The notes beneath the pieces were generated by a model. The model was not told the DNA's origin. It saw only the letters and a list, made by a program, of their open reading frames with translations, and did not search any database. The translations under genes were made by a program, and so were the position numbers. 64,000 bases of DNA from Paragordius varius (taxonomy: Eukaryota > Animalia > Nematomorpha), in contig OZ176051.1 in NCBI GenBank assembly GCA_964247055.1, positions 6,634,001 to 6,698,000 on the forward strand, in the 5' to 3' direction. Shown here one piece after another: positions 44,520-58,900 of this stretch. Positions within the stretch are counted from its first letter, which is position 1; each line of letters starts with the position of its first letter.

Positions 44520-45918
44520 TATATATTAAATTAAGTCAATTTTTCGGAAAACGTGCGGTACATTCCAATTCATGGCCATTAATTTTTTGATCTATGTTTG
44601 CTTAAAGGGTATTCAAGGGTTATTACAGGTTTAGCCTAACTAAGACGTGTAAGAAAAAGAAAAAGTTATCAAATAAATGTACAAAAAAACTTAGTAATAA
44701 ACTTATTATAAGTGGCCCCAAAACAACCAGCTTCCTCCGATACAGTTTGCCCGAATTCTTCCAAATCCCCCAACAACTTGTAAGTTTTGGTTTTCCAAAT
44801 CGATTCTAAAACCCATCCGCCAAACATTTTGACATACAAAATGCTTTCTGGATACGAAATTAGGTACATCTATATATATATATATGTATATGTGAACAAT
44901 TAATTATCTGAAAAGATTTACTTATAAATTAATTAAATATATTATGACTGTTTTATCCAAAGGTACAGGGGTATCATTGTAATATGCTTGTGGGACATAA
45001 AATTGCATAATCATTCTTTTATCGACAAGTTGGGAAGGATTTGATGGCTCAACCTCTTCCCGGACCCTAACATTCACCAAAACTGGAACGGTCATATTTA
45101 TTTTTGTCCCTTTGCATACAAACATAAACTAAAGTATAGCCTAAAAACTTTTTTTAAAGGTTTTCAAAATTAAACACATATATATATATATATATATACT
45201 GGGGATTATATTTTGTTTTAAAATACATGGATTTTACGTTTAGAATTGGCTCCAGAAATATAGGCAAATAATTTAGCAAAAGCCAAATCAAAGGCATCTC
45301 TCCCAAGTTTTTCTGCCGCTTCAAAGTTTACGCGGGTGGCGACCCATTTTGATGGCCCATATTTACGCGTTTCATATAGAGTATTCTTGCATACTCTTTC
45401 AAAAGTCGGACATTCTAAGTTACCACCACAAAAGTCTGGTTGCCTCAACGTTTCATTACCTATCCTGTTTGAAAAAAAGTTTGAAATACGCCCTTGACAA
45501 TAAAGAATTTTTGTTTATTTGCATGTTTTTTTTTCGTTTTGTTTTAGATAATAAACATCTTTGTCAAATTTCAATTATTATTTTTTGAAATAGTTTCCGT
45601 TAAAACAATTGAGTTAAAGCTTGTTTCGATCAAAAAATATATTGCTAACGGATATTTCATAACACGTTAAATGTAATAAAAATGATTTTTTAGTAAAATA
45701 ATATATAGATACTCGACAGTTTTCCAATCATAACTAGTTTTGTCATCATACATGGTCGAAATGAATTTGATTAAATGGCTGGTAATGGGATTTTTCATGG
45801 CTTCCTTTTCTTCCAAAAAACTTGGTTCCTCAGTCTGCGCATTTATATGAGGCGATCCCAAAATTATTGATATCATTATAATTTTACAAATAATTGATTT
45901 TGAAAAATAGGCATACAT
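44520..45918 (-). CDS. SOUL/HEBP heme-binding family protein with a predicted signal peptide; last exon approximate
   Basis: Exons 45918-45713 (MYAYFSKSIICKIIMISIILGSPHINAQ..), 45464-45238 (PDFCGGNLECPTFE..YETRKYGPSKWVAT..AFAKLFAYISGAN), ~45112-44948 (KINMTVPV..MQFYVP..PVPLD) and ~44869-44690 (LYVKMFGGW). YE.R.Y...W..T, F..L..YI.G.N and I.MT.PV are SOUL-family signatures. Confidence 0.85.
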
Positions 45919-46914
45919 TTTGTTGGGAAAAGTCTTTTAATAAATAAAATTGTGTAATAAAATTTGAGATATACAGGTGCAAAACGTCTAATTTGCTTAA
46001 ATTATATCATATATATATATATAGAATTTTTGAATATGCAAAACAAACGTATTAAATATTATCAGGTTAGTAGCAAATATGAAAATAAGGAAGTTAAAAA
46101 TATTAATCGAGGGTATGAGCTCCAATTTTTGAATATACTTAACCGAAAAACATATTAAAACGTAAAGATATTTTAAAAAATTATATTATTCAACATTTAA
46201 AATATGGAAAATTTTAATTTCTTATGATTTTAAGCAAGGGTTAGTGAACAAATTTTTAAGCTAAGCATTATGTGTTCCAGATTAAAAATAACGAAATCAC
46301 TATTAAATTATTACAAATTTATTTAGATATAGTATTCTTGATTAAACGCTAAGAATTCCTTTTCTCATAAACTTATTGTCATTGAGGACTAATTTTGCCA
46401 AAAAATTATAACAGGCATAAAAGTTTATAAAATATAATTGATGAATAATTTATAGATTTTTATGTTGAAAGAGTTGTTAAGGCGTTGAAATACTCTGTGA
46501 CTTTGATAGTCACTATAATGTATAATATTCTTATCATATTTTGTCGAGGACTTGGCTTCTATTGGCACAATTTTCCAACCTAAGCTAAACTACAAACTCT
46601 GTTTTATTATATTTTGGAATTTTAAACAATAAAATTATTTACTAAATAAAGCTATGATGTAATAGCAAATAAATAATATCTATTTCAAATTTAGAGCAGT
46701 ACATTTATCATAAAAGATAAAACCCTATGAAACATAAGGAAACTACAGATTTTAAGGAATAGAATCAGTATCATGACACTTAACTAACATTTTTAAAGTC
46801 AAGGTAAGAAAGGTTAATAATTATTATTTAGAAAAACAAAAAATTTATACTTATACTGTTATCAAATCTCTTTCTTATAAATTATTAAATTGTTTTACAA
46901 AGTATTTAATTGTA

Positions 46915-49900
46915 GATAGTATATGGTTGTTTATTGAAAATATATGGTTGAGTATTGGGAGTTGATCATTGGAAACACTAAAATGTTGCAAATATTATTT
47001 GTTTGTTGAAAATATATGGTTGATTGTTGAAAACATTAAAACATCTTAATTGTTAAAAATATTGAGTTGTGTTGGAATCATTAAAATATTATTGGCTTAT
47101 TTAATTTGATTGTTGCAATAAATTTTAATTGTTGAAAATATATGGTTGATTGTAACAAATATTAGTTTGATTGTTGGAAACATAAAAATATTATTAGGTG
47201 ATTTAATTTGATTGTTGCAAAAAATATTTGATTGTTGAAAAGGTTGATTGTTGGAAATATTAAGTTGATTGTTAAAAATATTAAAATATTATTGGGTGAT
47301 TCATTTTGATTGTTGCAATAAATATTTGATTGTTGAAAATATATGGTTTATTGTTGGAAATATTAAGTTGATTGTTGGAAACGTAAGAATATTATTGGGT
47401 GACTTAATTTAATTGTTGCAATAATTATTTGATTGTTGAAAATAAATGGTTGATTGTTGGAATTTAAATATTATTGGGTGACTTAATTTGATTGTTGCAA
47501 TAATCATTTGATTTTTGATAATACATGGTTGATTGTTGGAAACATAAGAATATTATTGGGTGACTTAATATGATTGTTGCAATAACTATTTGATTGTTAC
47601 AATAATTATTTGATTGTTGAAACATGGTTTATTGTTGGAACTAAAAATATATTTATAGGTGACTTAATTTGATTGTTGAAAATACATGGTTTATTGTTGG
47701 AACTATAAATATATTTATAGGTGACTTAATTTGATTGTTGCAATAATTATTTGATTGTTGAAAATACATGGTTTATTGTTAGAACTATAAATATATTTAT
47801 AGGTGACTTAATTTGATTGTTGCAATAATTATTTGATTGTTGAAAATACATGGTTGATTGTTGGAAACATAAATATATATATGGGTGACTTAATTTGATT
47901 GTTGCAATAATTATTTGATTGTTGAAAATACATGGTTGATTGTTGGAAACATAAATATATTTATGGGTGACTTAATTTGATTGTTGCAATAATTATTTGA
48001 TTTTTGAAAAAACATGGTTGATTGTTGGAAACATTAATATATTTATGGGTGACTTAATTTGATTGTTGCAATAATTATTTGATTATTGAAAAAACATGGT
48101 TGATTGTTGGAAACAGAAATATATTTATGGGTGACTTAATTTGATTGTTGCAATAATTATTTGATTATTGAAAAAACATGGTTGATTGTTGGAAACATAA
48201 ATATATTTATGGGTGACTTAATTTGATTAGTGCAATAATTATTTGATTGTTGGAAATACATGGTTGATTGTTGGAAACATAAATATATTTATGGGTGACT
48301 TAATTTGATTGTTGCAATAATTATTTTTGAAAATACATGGTTGATTGTTGGAAACATAAATATATTTATGGGTGACTTAATTTTATTGTTGCAATAATTA
48401 TTTGATTGTTGAAAATACATGGTTAATTGTCGGAAACATAAATATATTATTGGGTTACTTAATTTGATTGTTGCAATAATTATTTGATTTTTGAAAATAC
48501 ATGGTTAATTGTCGGAAACATAAATATATTATTGGGTGACTTAATTTGATTGTTGCAATAATTATTTGATTATTGAAAAAACATGGTTGATTGTTGGAAA
48601 CAGAAATATATTTATGGGTGACTTAATTTTTTGATTTTTGAAAAAACATGGTTGATTGTTGGAAACATTAATATATTTATGGGTGACTTAATTTGATTGT
48701 TGCATTAATTATTTGATTATTGAAAAAACATGGTTGATTGTTGGAAACATTAATATATTTATGGGTGACTTAATTTGATTGTTGCAATAATTATTTGATT
48801 ATTGAAAAAACATGGTTGATTGTTGGAAACATTAATATATTTATGGGTGACTTAATTTGATTGTTGCAATAATTATTTGATTATTGAAAAAACATGGTTG
48901 ATTGTTGGAAACATTAATATATTTATGGGTGACTTAATTTGATTGTTGCAATAATTATTTGATTATTGAAAAAACATGGTTGATTGTTGGAAACATTAAT
49001 ATATTTATGAGTAACTTAATTTGATTGTTGCAATAATTATTTGATTATTGAAAAAACATGGTTGATTGTTGGAAACATTAATATATTTATGGGTGACTTA
49101 ATTTGATTGTTGCAATAATTATTTGATTATTGAAAAAACATGGTTGATTGTTGGGAACATTAATATATTTATGGGTGACTTAATTTGATTGTTGCAATAA
49201 TTATTTGATTATTGAAAAAACATGGTTGATTGTTGGAAACATTAATATATTTATGGGTGACTTAATTTGATTGTTGCAATAATTATTTGATTATTGAAAA
49301 AACATGGTTGATTGTTGGAAACATTAATATATTTATGGGTGACTTAATTTGATTGTTGCAATAATTATTTGATTATTGAAAATACATGGTTGATTGTTGG
49401 AAACATAAATATATTTATGAGTGACTTAATTTGATTGTTGCAATAATTATTTGATTATTGAAAATACTGGAAACATAAATATATTTATGGGTGACTTAAT
49501 TTGATTGTTGCAATAATTATTTGATTGTTGAAAATACATGGTTAATTGTCGGAAACATAAATATATTATTGGGTGACTTAATTTGATTGTTGCAATAATT
49601 ATTTGATTGTTGAAAATACATGGTTGATTGTTGGAAACATAAATATATTTATGGGTGACTTAATTTGATTGTTGCAATAATTATTTGATTGTTGAAAATA
49701 CATGGTTAATTGTCGGAAACATAAATATATTATTGGGTGACTTAATTTGATTGTTGCAATAATTATTTGATTGTTGAAAATACATGGTTGATTGTTGGAA
49801 ACATAAATATATTTATGGGTGACTTAATTTGATTGTTGCAATAATTATTTGATTTTTGAAAAAACATGGTTGATTGTTGGAAACATAAATATATTATTGG

Positions 49901-52900
49901 GTGATTTTATTTGATTGTTGCAATAATTATTTGATTGTTGAAAACACATGGTTGATTGTTGGAAACATTAATATAATGGGTGACTTAATTTGATTGTTGC
50001 AATAATTATTTGATTGTTGAAAATACATGGTTGATTGTTGGAAACATAAATATATTTATGGGTGACTTAATTTGATTGTTGCAATAATTATTTGATTTTT
50101 GAAAAAACATGGTTGATTGTTGGAAACATTAATATATTTATGGGTGACTTAATTTGATTGTTGCAATAATTATTTGATTGTTGAAAATACATGGTTGATT
50201 GTTGGAAACATAAATATATTTATGGGTGACTTAATTTGATTGCAATAATTATTTGATTTTTGAAAAAACATGGTTGATTGTTGGAAACATTAATATATTT
50301 ATGGGTGACTTAATTTGATTGTTGCAATAATTATTTGATTGTTGAAAATACATGGTTGATTGTTGGAAACATTAATATATTTATGGGTGACTTAATTTGA
50401 TTAGTGCAATAATTATTTGATTGTTGGAAATACATGGTTGATTGTTGGAAATATAAGTAATTGGGTAACTTAATTTGATTGTTGCAATAATTATTTGATA
50501 ATTGAAAAAACATGGTTGATTGTTGGAAACATTAATATATTTATGGGTGACTTAATTTGATTGTTGCAATAATTATTTGATTATTGAAAAAACATGGTTG
50601 ATTGTTGGAAACATAAATATATTTATGGGTGACTTAATTTGATTAGTGCAATAATTATTTGATTGTTGGAAATACATGGTTGATTGTTGGAAACATAAAT
50701 ATATTTATGGGTGACTTAATTTGATTGTTGCAATAATTATTTGATTTTTGAAAAAACATGGTTGATTGTTGGAAACATAAATATATTATTGGGTGATTTT
50801 ATTTGATTGTTGCAATAATTATTTGATTGTTGAAAACACATGGTTGATTGTTGGAAACATTAATATAATGGGTGACTTAATTTGATTGTTGCAATAATTA
50901 TTTGATTGTTGAAAATACATGGTTGATTGTTGGAAACATAAATATATTTATGGGTGACTTAATTTGATTGTTGCAATAATTATTTGATTTTTGAAAAAAC
51001 ATGGTTGATTGTTGGAAACATTAATATATTTATGGGTGACTTAATTTGATTGTTGCAATAATTATTTGATTGTTGAAAATACATGGTTGATTGTTGGAAA
51101 CATAAATATATTTATGGGTGACTTAATTTGATTGCAATAATTATTTGATTTTTGAAAAAACATGGTTGATTGTTGGAAACATTAATATATTTATGGGTGA
51201 CTTAATTTGATTGTTGCAATAATTATTTGATTGTTGAAAATACATGGTTGATTGTTGGAAACATTAATATATTTATGGGTGACTTAATTTGATTAGTGCA
51301 ATAATTATTTGATTGTTGGAAATACATGGTTGATTGTTGGAAATATAAGTAATTGGGTAACTTAATTTGATTGTTGCAATAATTATTTGATAATTGAAAA
51401 AACATGGTTGATTGTTGGAAACATTAATATATTTATGGGTGACTTAATTTGATTGTTGCAATAATTATTTGATTGTTGAAAATACATGGTTGATTGTTGG
51501 AAACATAAATATATTTATGGGTGACTTAATTTGATTGCAATAATTATTTGATTTTTGAAAAAACATGGTTGATTGTTGGAAACATTAATATATTTATGGG
51601 TGACTTAATTTGATTGTTGCAATAATTATTTGATTGTTGAAAATACATGGTTGATTGTTGGAAACATTAATATATTTATGGGTGACTTAATTTGATTAGT
51701 GCAATAATTATTTGATTGTTGGAAATACATGGTTGATTGTTGGAAACATAAATATATTTATGGGTGACTTAATTTGATTGTTGCAATAATTATTTGATTA
51801 TTGAAAAAACATGGTTAATTGTCGGAAACATAAATATATTATTGGGTGACTTAATTTGATTGTTGCAATAATTATTTGATTGTTGAAAATACATGGTTGA
51901 TTGTTGGAAACATAATTATATTATTGGATGACTTAATTTGATTGTTGCAATAATTATTTGATTGTTGAAACATGATTGATTGTTGGAAATATAAGTATAT
52001 TATTGGGTAACTTAATTTGATTGTTGCAATAATTATTTGATTGTTGAAACTTCATGGTTGATTGTTGGAAACATAAATATATTTATGGGTGACTTAATTT
52101 TATTGTTGCAATAATTATTTGATTGTTGAAACATGATTGACTGTTGGAAATATAAGTATATTGTTGGATGACTTAATTTGATTGTTGTAATAATTATTTG
52201 ATTGTTGAAAATTCATGGTTGATTGTTGGAAAGATAAATATATTATTGGTTGACTTAATTTGATTGTTTCAATAATTATTTGATTGTTGAAAATATATGC
52301 TTGATTGTTGGAAACATAAATATATTATTAGGTGACTTAATTTGATTGTTGCAATAATTATTAGATTGTGAAAATATATGGTTGATTGTTGGAAACATAA
52401 GTATATTATTGGGTGACTTAATTTGATTGTTGCAATAATTATTTGATTGTTGAAAATACATGGTTGATTGTTGGAAACATAAGTATGTTATTGGATGACT
52501 TAATTTGATTGTTGCAATAATTATTTGATTGTTGAAAATACATGGTTGATTGTTGGAAACATAATTATATTATTGGATGACTTAATTTGATTGTTGCAAT
52601 AATTATTTGATTGTTGAAACATGATTGATTGTTGGAAATATAAGTATATTATTGGGTAACTTAATTTGATTGTTGCAATAATTATTTGATTGTTGAAAAT
52701 AGATGGATGATTGTTCGAAACATAAATATAATGATGGGTGACTTAATTTGATTGTTGGAATAATTATTTGATTATTGAAAAAACATGGTTAATTGTCGGA
52801 AACATAAATATATTATTGGGTGACTTAATTTGATTGTTGCAATAATTATTTGATTGTTGAAAATACATGGTTGATTGTTGGAAACATAATTATATTATTG

Positions 52901-55900
52901 GATGACTTAATTTGATTGTTGCAATAATTATTTGATTGTTGAAACATGATTGATTGTTGGAAACATAAATATATTATTGGGTGACTTAATTTGATTGTTG
53001 CAATAATTATTTGATTTGAAAATACATGGTTGATTGTTGGAAACATAAATATATTATTGGGTGACTTAATTTGATTGTTGCAATAATTATTTGATTGTTA
53101 AAAATACATGGTTGATTGTTGGAAACATAAATATATTATGAGGTGACTTAATTTGATTGTAGCAATAATTATTTGATTGTTGAAAATACATTGTTGATTG
53201 TTGGAAACATAAATATATTATTGGGTGATTTAATTTGATTGTTGCAATAATTATTTGATTTGAAAATACATGGTTGATTGTTGGAAACATAAATATATTA
53301 TTGGGTGATTTAATTTGATTGTTGCAATAATTATTTGATTTGAAAATACATGGTTGATTGTTGGAAATATAAATATATTATTGGGTGATTTAATTTGATT
53401 GTTGCAATAATTATTTGATTTGAAAATACATGGTTGATTGTTGGAAATATAAATATATTATTGGGTGACTGAATTTGATTGTTGCAATAATTATTTGATT
53501 GTTGAAAATACATGGTTGATTGTTGGAAACATAAATATATTATTGGGTGACTTAATTTGATTGTTGCAATAATTATTTGATTGTTAAAAATACATGGTTG
53601 ATTGTTGGAAACATAAATATATTATTGGGTGATTTAATTTGATTGTTGCAATAATTATTTGATTTGAAAATACATGGTTGATTGTTGGAAACATAAATAT
53701 ATTATTGGGTAACTTAATTTGATTGTTGCAATAATTATTTGATTGTTGAAAATACATGGTTAATTATTGGAAACATAAATATATTTATGGGTTACTTAAT
53801 TTGATTGTTGCAATAATTATTTGATTGTTGAAAATATATGGTTGATTGTTGGAAACATAAATATATTATTGGGTGACTTAATTTGATTGTTGCAATAATT
53901 ATTTAATTGTTGAAAATACATGGTTGATTGTTGGAAACATAAATATATATGGGTGATTTAATTTGATTGTTGCAATAATTATTTGATTGTTGAAAATACA
54001 TGGTTGATTGTTGGAAACATAGGTATATTATTGGGTGACTTGATTTGATTGTTGCAATAATTATTTGATTGTTTAAAATACATGGTATATTGTTGGAAAC
54101 ATTAATATGTTATGGGTTACTTAATTTGATTGTTGCAATAATTATTTGATTGTTGAAAATACATGGTTAATTGTTGGAAACATTAATATGTTATGGGTTA
54201 CTTAATTTGATTGTTGCAATAATTATTTGATTGTTGAAAATACATGGTTGATTGTTGGAAACTTAAATATATTATTGGGTGATTTAATTTGATTGTTGCA
54301 ATAATTATTTGATTGTTGAAAATACATGGTTGATTGTTGGAAACATAAATATATTATTGGATGACTTAATTTGATTGTTGCAATAATTATTTGATTTGAA
54401 AATACATGGTTGATTGTTGGAAACATAAATATATTATTGGGTGATTTAATTTGATTGTTGCAATAATTATTTGATTTGAAAATACATGGTTGATTGTTGG
54501 AAATATAAATATATTATTGGGTGACTGAATTTGATTGTTGCAATAATTATTTGATTGTTGAAAATACATGGTTGATTGTTGGAAACATAAATATATTATT
54601 GGGTGATTTAATTTGATTGTTGCAATAATTATTTGATTTGAAAATACATGGTTGATTGTTGGAAATATAAATATATTATTGGGTGACTTAATTTGATTGT
54701 TGCAATAATTATTTGATTTGAAAATACATGGTTGATTGTTGGAAACATAAATATATTATTGGGTGATTTAATTTGATTGTTGCAATAATTATTTGATTTG
54801 AAAATACATGGTTGATTGTTGGAAATATAAATATATTATTGGGTGACTGAATTTGATTGTTGCAATAATTATTTGATTTGAAAATACATGGTTGATTGTT
54901 GGAAACATAAATATATTATTGGGTGATTTAATTTGATTGTTGCAATAATTATTTGATTTGAAAATACATGGTTGATTGTTGGAAATATAAATATATTATT
55001 GGGTGACTGAATTTGATTGTTGCAATAATTATTTGATTTGAAAATACATGGTTGATTGTTGGAAACATAAATATATTATTGGGTGATTTAATTTGATTGT
55101 TGCAATAATTATTTGATTTGAAAATACATGGTTGATTGTTGGAAATATAAATATATTATTGGGTGACTGAATTTGATTGTTGCAATAATTATTTGATTGT
55201 TGAAAATACATGGTTGATTGTTGGAAACATAAATATATTATTGGGTGATTTAATTTGATTGTTGCAATAATTATTTGATTTGAAAATACATGGTTGATTG
55301 TTGGAAATATAAATATATTATTGGGTGACTGAATTTGATTGTTGCAATAATTATTTGATTGTTGAAAATACATGGTTGATTGTTGGAAACATAAATATAT
55401 TATTGGGTGATTTAATTTGATTGTTGCAATAATTATTTGATTTGAAAATACATGGTTGATTGTTGGAAATATAAATATATTATTGGGTGATTTAATTTGA
55501 TTGTTGCAATAATTATTTGATTTGAAAATACATGGTTGATTGTTGGAAATATAAATATATTATTGGGTGACTTAATTTGATTGTTGCAATAATTATTTAA
55601 TTGTTAAAAATACATGGTTGATTGTTGGAAACATAAATATATTATTGGGTGATTTAATTTGATTGTTGCAATAATTATTTGATTTGAAAATACATGGTTG
55701 ATTGTTGGAAATATAAATATATTATTGGGTGATTTAATTTGATTGTTGCAATAATTATTTGATTTGAAAATACATGGTTGATTGTTGGAAATATAAATAT
55801 ATTATTGGGTGACTGAATTTGATTGTTGCAATAATTATTTGATTGTTGAAAATACATGGTTGATTGTTGGAAACATAAATATATTATTGGGTGACTTAAT

Positions 55901-58900
55901 TTGATTGTTGCAATAATTATTTGATTGTTAAAAATACATGGTTGATTGTTGGAAACATAAATATATTATTGGGTGATTTAATTTGATTGTTGCAATAATT
56001 ATTTGATTTGAAAATACATGGTTGATTGTTGGAAACATAAATATATTATTGGGTAACTTAATTTGATTGTTGCAATAATTATTTGATTGTTGAAAATACA
56101 TGGTTAATTATTGGAAACATAAATATATTTATGGGTTACTTAATTTGATTGTTGCAATAATTATTTGATTGTTGAAAATATATGGTTGATTGTTGGAAAC
56201 ATAAATATATTATTGGGTGACTTAATTTGATTGTTGCAATAATTATTTAATTGTTGAAAATACATGGTTGATTGTTGGAAACATAAATATATATGGGTGA
56301 TTTAATTTGATTGTTGCAATAATTATTTGATTGTTGAAAATACATGGTTGATTGTTGGAAACATAGGTATATTATTGGGTGACTTGATTTGATTGTTGCA
56401 ATAATTATTTGATTGTTTAAAATACATGGTATATTGTTGGAAACATTAATATGTTATGGGTTACTTAATTTGATTGTTGCAATAATTATTTGATTGTTGA
56501 AAATACATGGTTAATTGTTGGAAACATTAATATGTTATGGGTTACTTAATTTGATTGTTGCAATAATTATTTGATTGTTGAAAATACATGGTTGATTGTT
56601 GGAAACTTAAATATATTATTGGGTGATTTAATTTGATTGTTGCAATAATTATTTGATTGTTGAAAATACATGGTTGATTGTTGGAAACATAGGTATATTA
56701 TTGGGTGACTTGATTTGATTGTTGCAATAATTATTTGATTGTTGAAAATACATGGTTAATTGTTGGAAACATTAATATGTTATGGGTTACTTAATTTGAT
56801 TGTTGCAAAAATTATTTGAAATTTGAAAATATATGGTTGATTGTTGGAAACATAAATATATTATTGGGTTACTTAATTTGATTGTTGCAATAATTATTTG
56901 ATTGTTGAAAATACATGGTTAATTGTTGGAAACATTAATATGTTATGGGTTACTTAATTTGATTGTTGCAATAATTATTTGATTGTTGAAAACACATGGT
57001 TGATTGTTGGAAATATAAATATATTATTGGGTTACTTAATTTGATTGTTGCAATAATTATTTGATTGTTGAAAATATATGGTTGATTGTTGGAAACATAA
57101 ATATATTATTGGGTTACTTAATTTGATTGTTGCAATAATTATTTGATTGTTGAAAATACATGGTTGATTGTTGGAAATATAAATATATTATTGGGTTACT
57201 TAATTTGATTGTTGCAATAATTATTTGATTGTTGAAAATACATGGTTAATTATTGGAAACATAAATATATTTATGGGTTACTTAATTTGATTGTTGCAAT
57301 AATTATTTGATTGTTGAAAATACATGGTTAATTGTTGGAAACATTAATATGTTATGGGTTACTTAATTTGATTGTTGCAATAATTATTTGATTGTTGAAA
57401 ATACATGGTTGATTGTTGGCAATATAAATATATTATTGGGTTACTTAATTTGATTGTTGCAATAATTATTTGATTGTTGAAAATATATGGTTGATTGTTG
57501 GAAACATAAATATATTTATGGGTGACTTAATTCGATTGTTGCAATAATTATTTGATTGTTGAAAATACATGGTTGATTGTTGGAAACATAAGTATATTTA
57601 TGGGTGACTTAATTTGATTGTTGCAATAATTATTTGATTGTTGCAAATATATGGTTGATTGTTGGAAACATAAATATATTTATGGGTGACTTAATTCGAT
57701 AGTTGCAATAATTATTTGATTGTTGAAAATACATGGTTGATTGTTGGAAACATAATTATATTTATGAGTGACTTAATTTGATTGTTGCAATTATTATTTG
57801 ATTGTTTAAAATACATGGTATATTGTTGGAAACATTAATATGTTATGGGTTACTTAATTTGATTGTTGCAATAATTATTTGATTGTTGAAATTACATAGT
57901 TGATTGTTGGAAACATAATGTGTTAATGGTTACTTAATTTGATTGTTGCAATAATTATTTGATTGTTGAAAATACATGGTTGATTGTTGGAAACATAAAT
58001 ATATTATTGGGTGACTTAATTTGATTGTTGCAATAATTATTTGATTGTTGAAAATACATGGTTGATTGTTGGAAACATAATATGTTAATGGTTACTTAAT
58101 TTGATTGTTGCAATAATTATTTGATTGTTGAAAATACATGGTTGATTGTTGAATACATAAATATATTATTGGGTGATTTAATTTGATTGTTGCTATAATT
58201 ATTTGATTATTGAAAATACATGGTTGATTGTTGGAAACATAATTATATTTATGAGTGACTTAATTTGATTGTTGCAATTATTATTTGATTGTTTAAAATA
58301 CATGGTATATTGTTGGAAACATTAATATGTTATGGGTTACTTAATTTGATTGTTGCAATAATTATTTGATTGTTGAAATTACATAGTTGATTGTTGGAAA
58401 CATAATGTGTTAATGGTTACTTAATTTGATTGTTGCAATAATTATTTGATTGTTGAAAATACATGGTTGATTGTTGGAAACATAAATATATTATTGGATG
58501 ACTTAATTTGATTGTTGCAATAATTATTTGATTGTTGACAATACATGGTTGATTGTTGGAAACATAAATATATTATTGGGTGACTTAATTTGATTGTTGC
58601 AATAATTATTTGATTGTTGAAAATACATGGTTGATTGTTGAATACATAAATATATTATTGGGTGATTTAATTTGATTGTTGCAATAATTATTTTGATCTT
58701 AAAAATACATGGTTGATTGTTGGAAACATTAATATGTTATGGGTTACTTAATTTGATTGTTGCAATAATTATTTAATTGTTGAAAATACATGGTTGATTG
58801 TTGGAAACATAAATATATATGGGTGATTTAATTAGATTGTTGGAATAATTATTTGATTGTTGAAAATACATGGTTGATTGTTGGAAACATAGGTATATTA

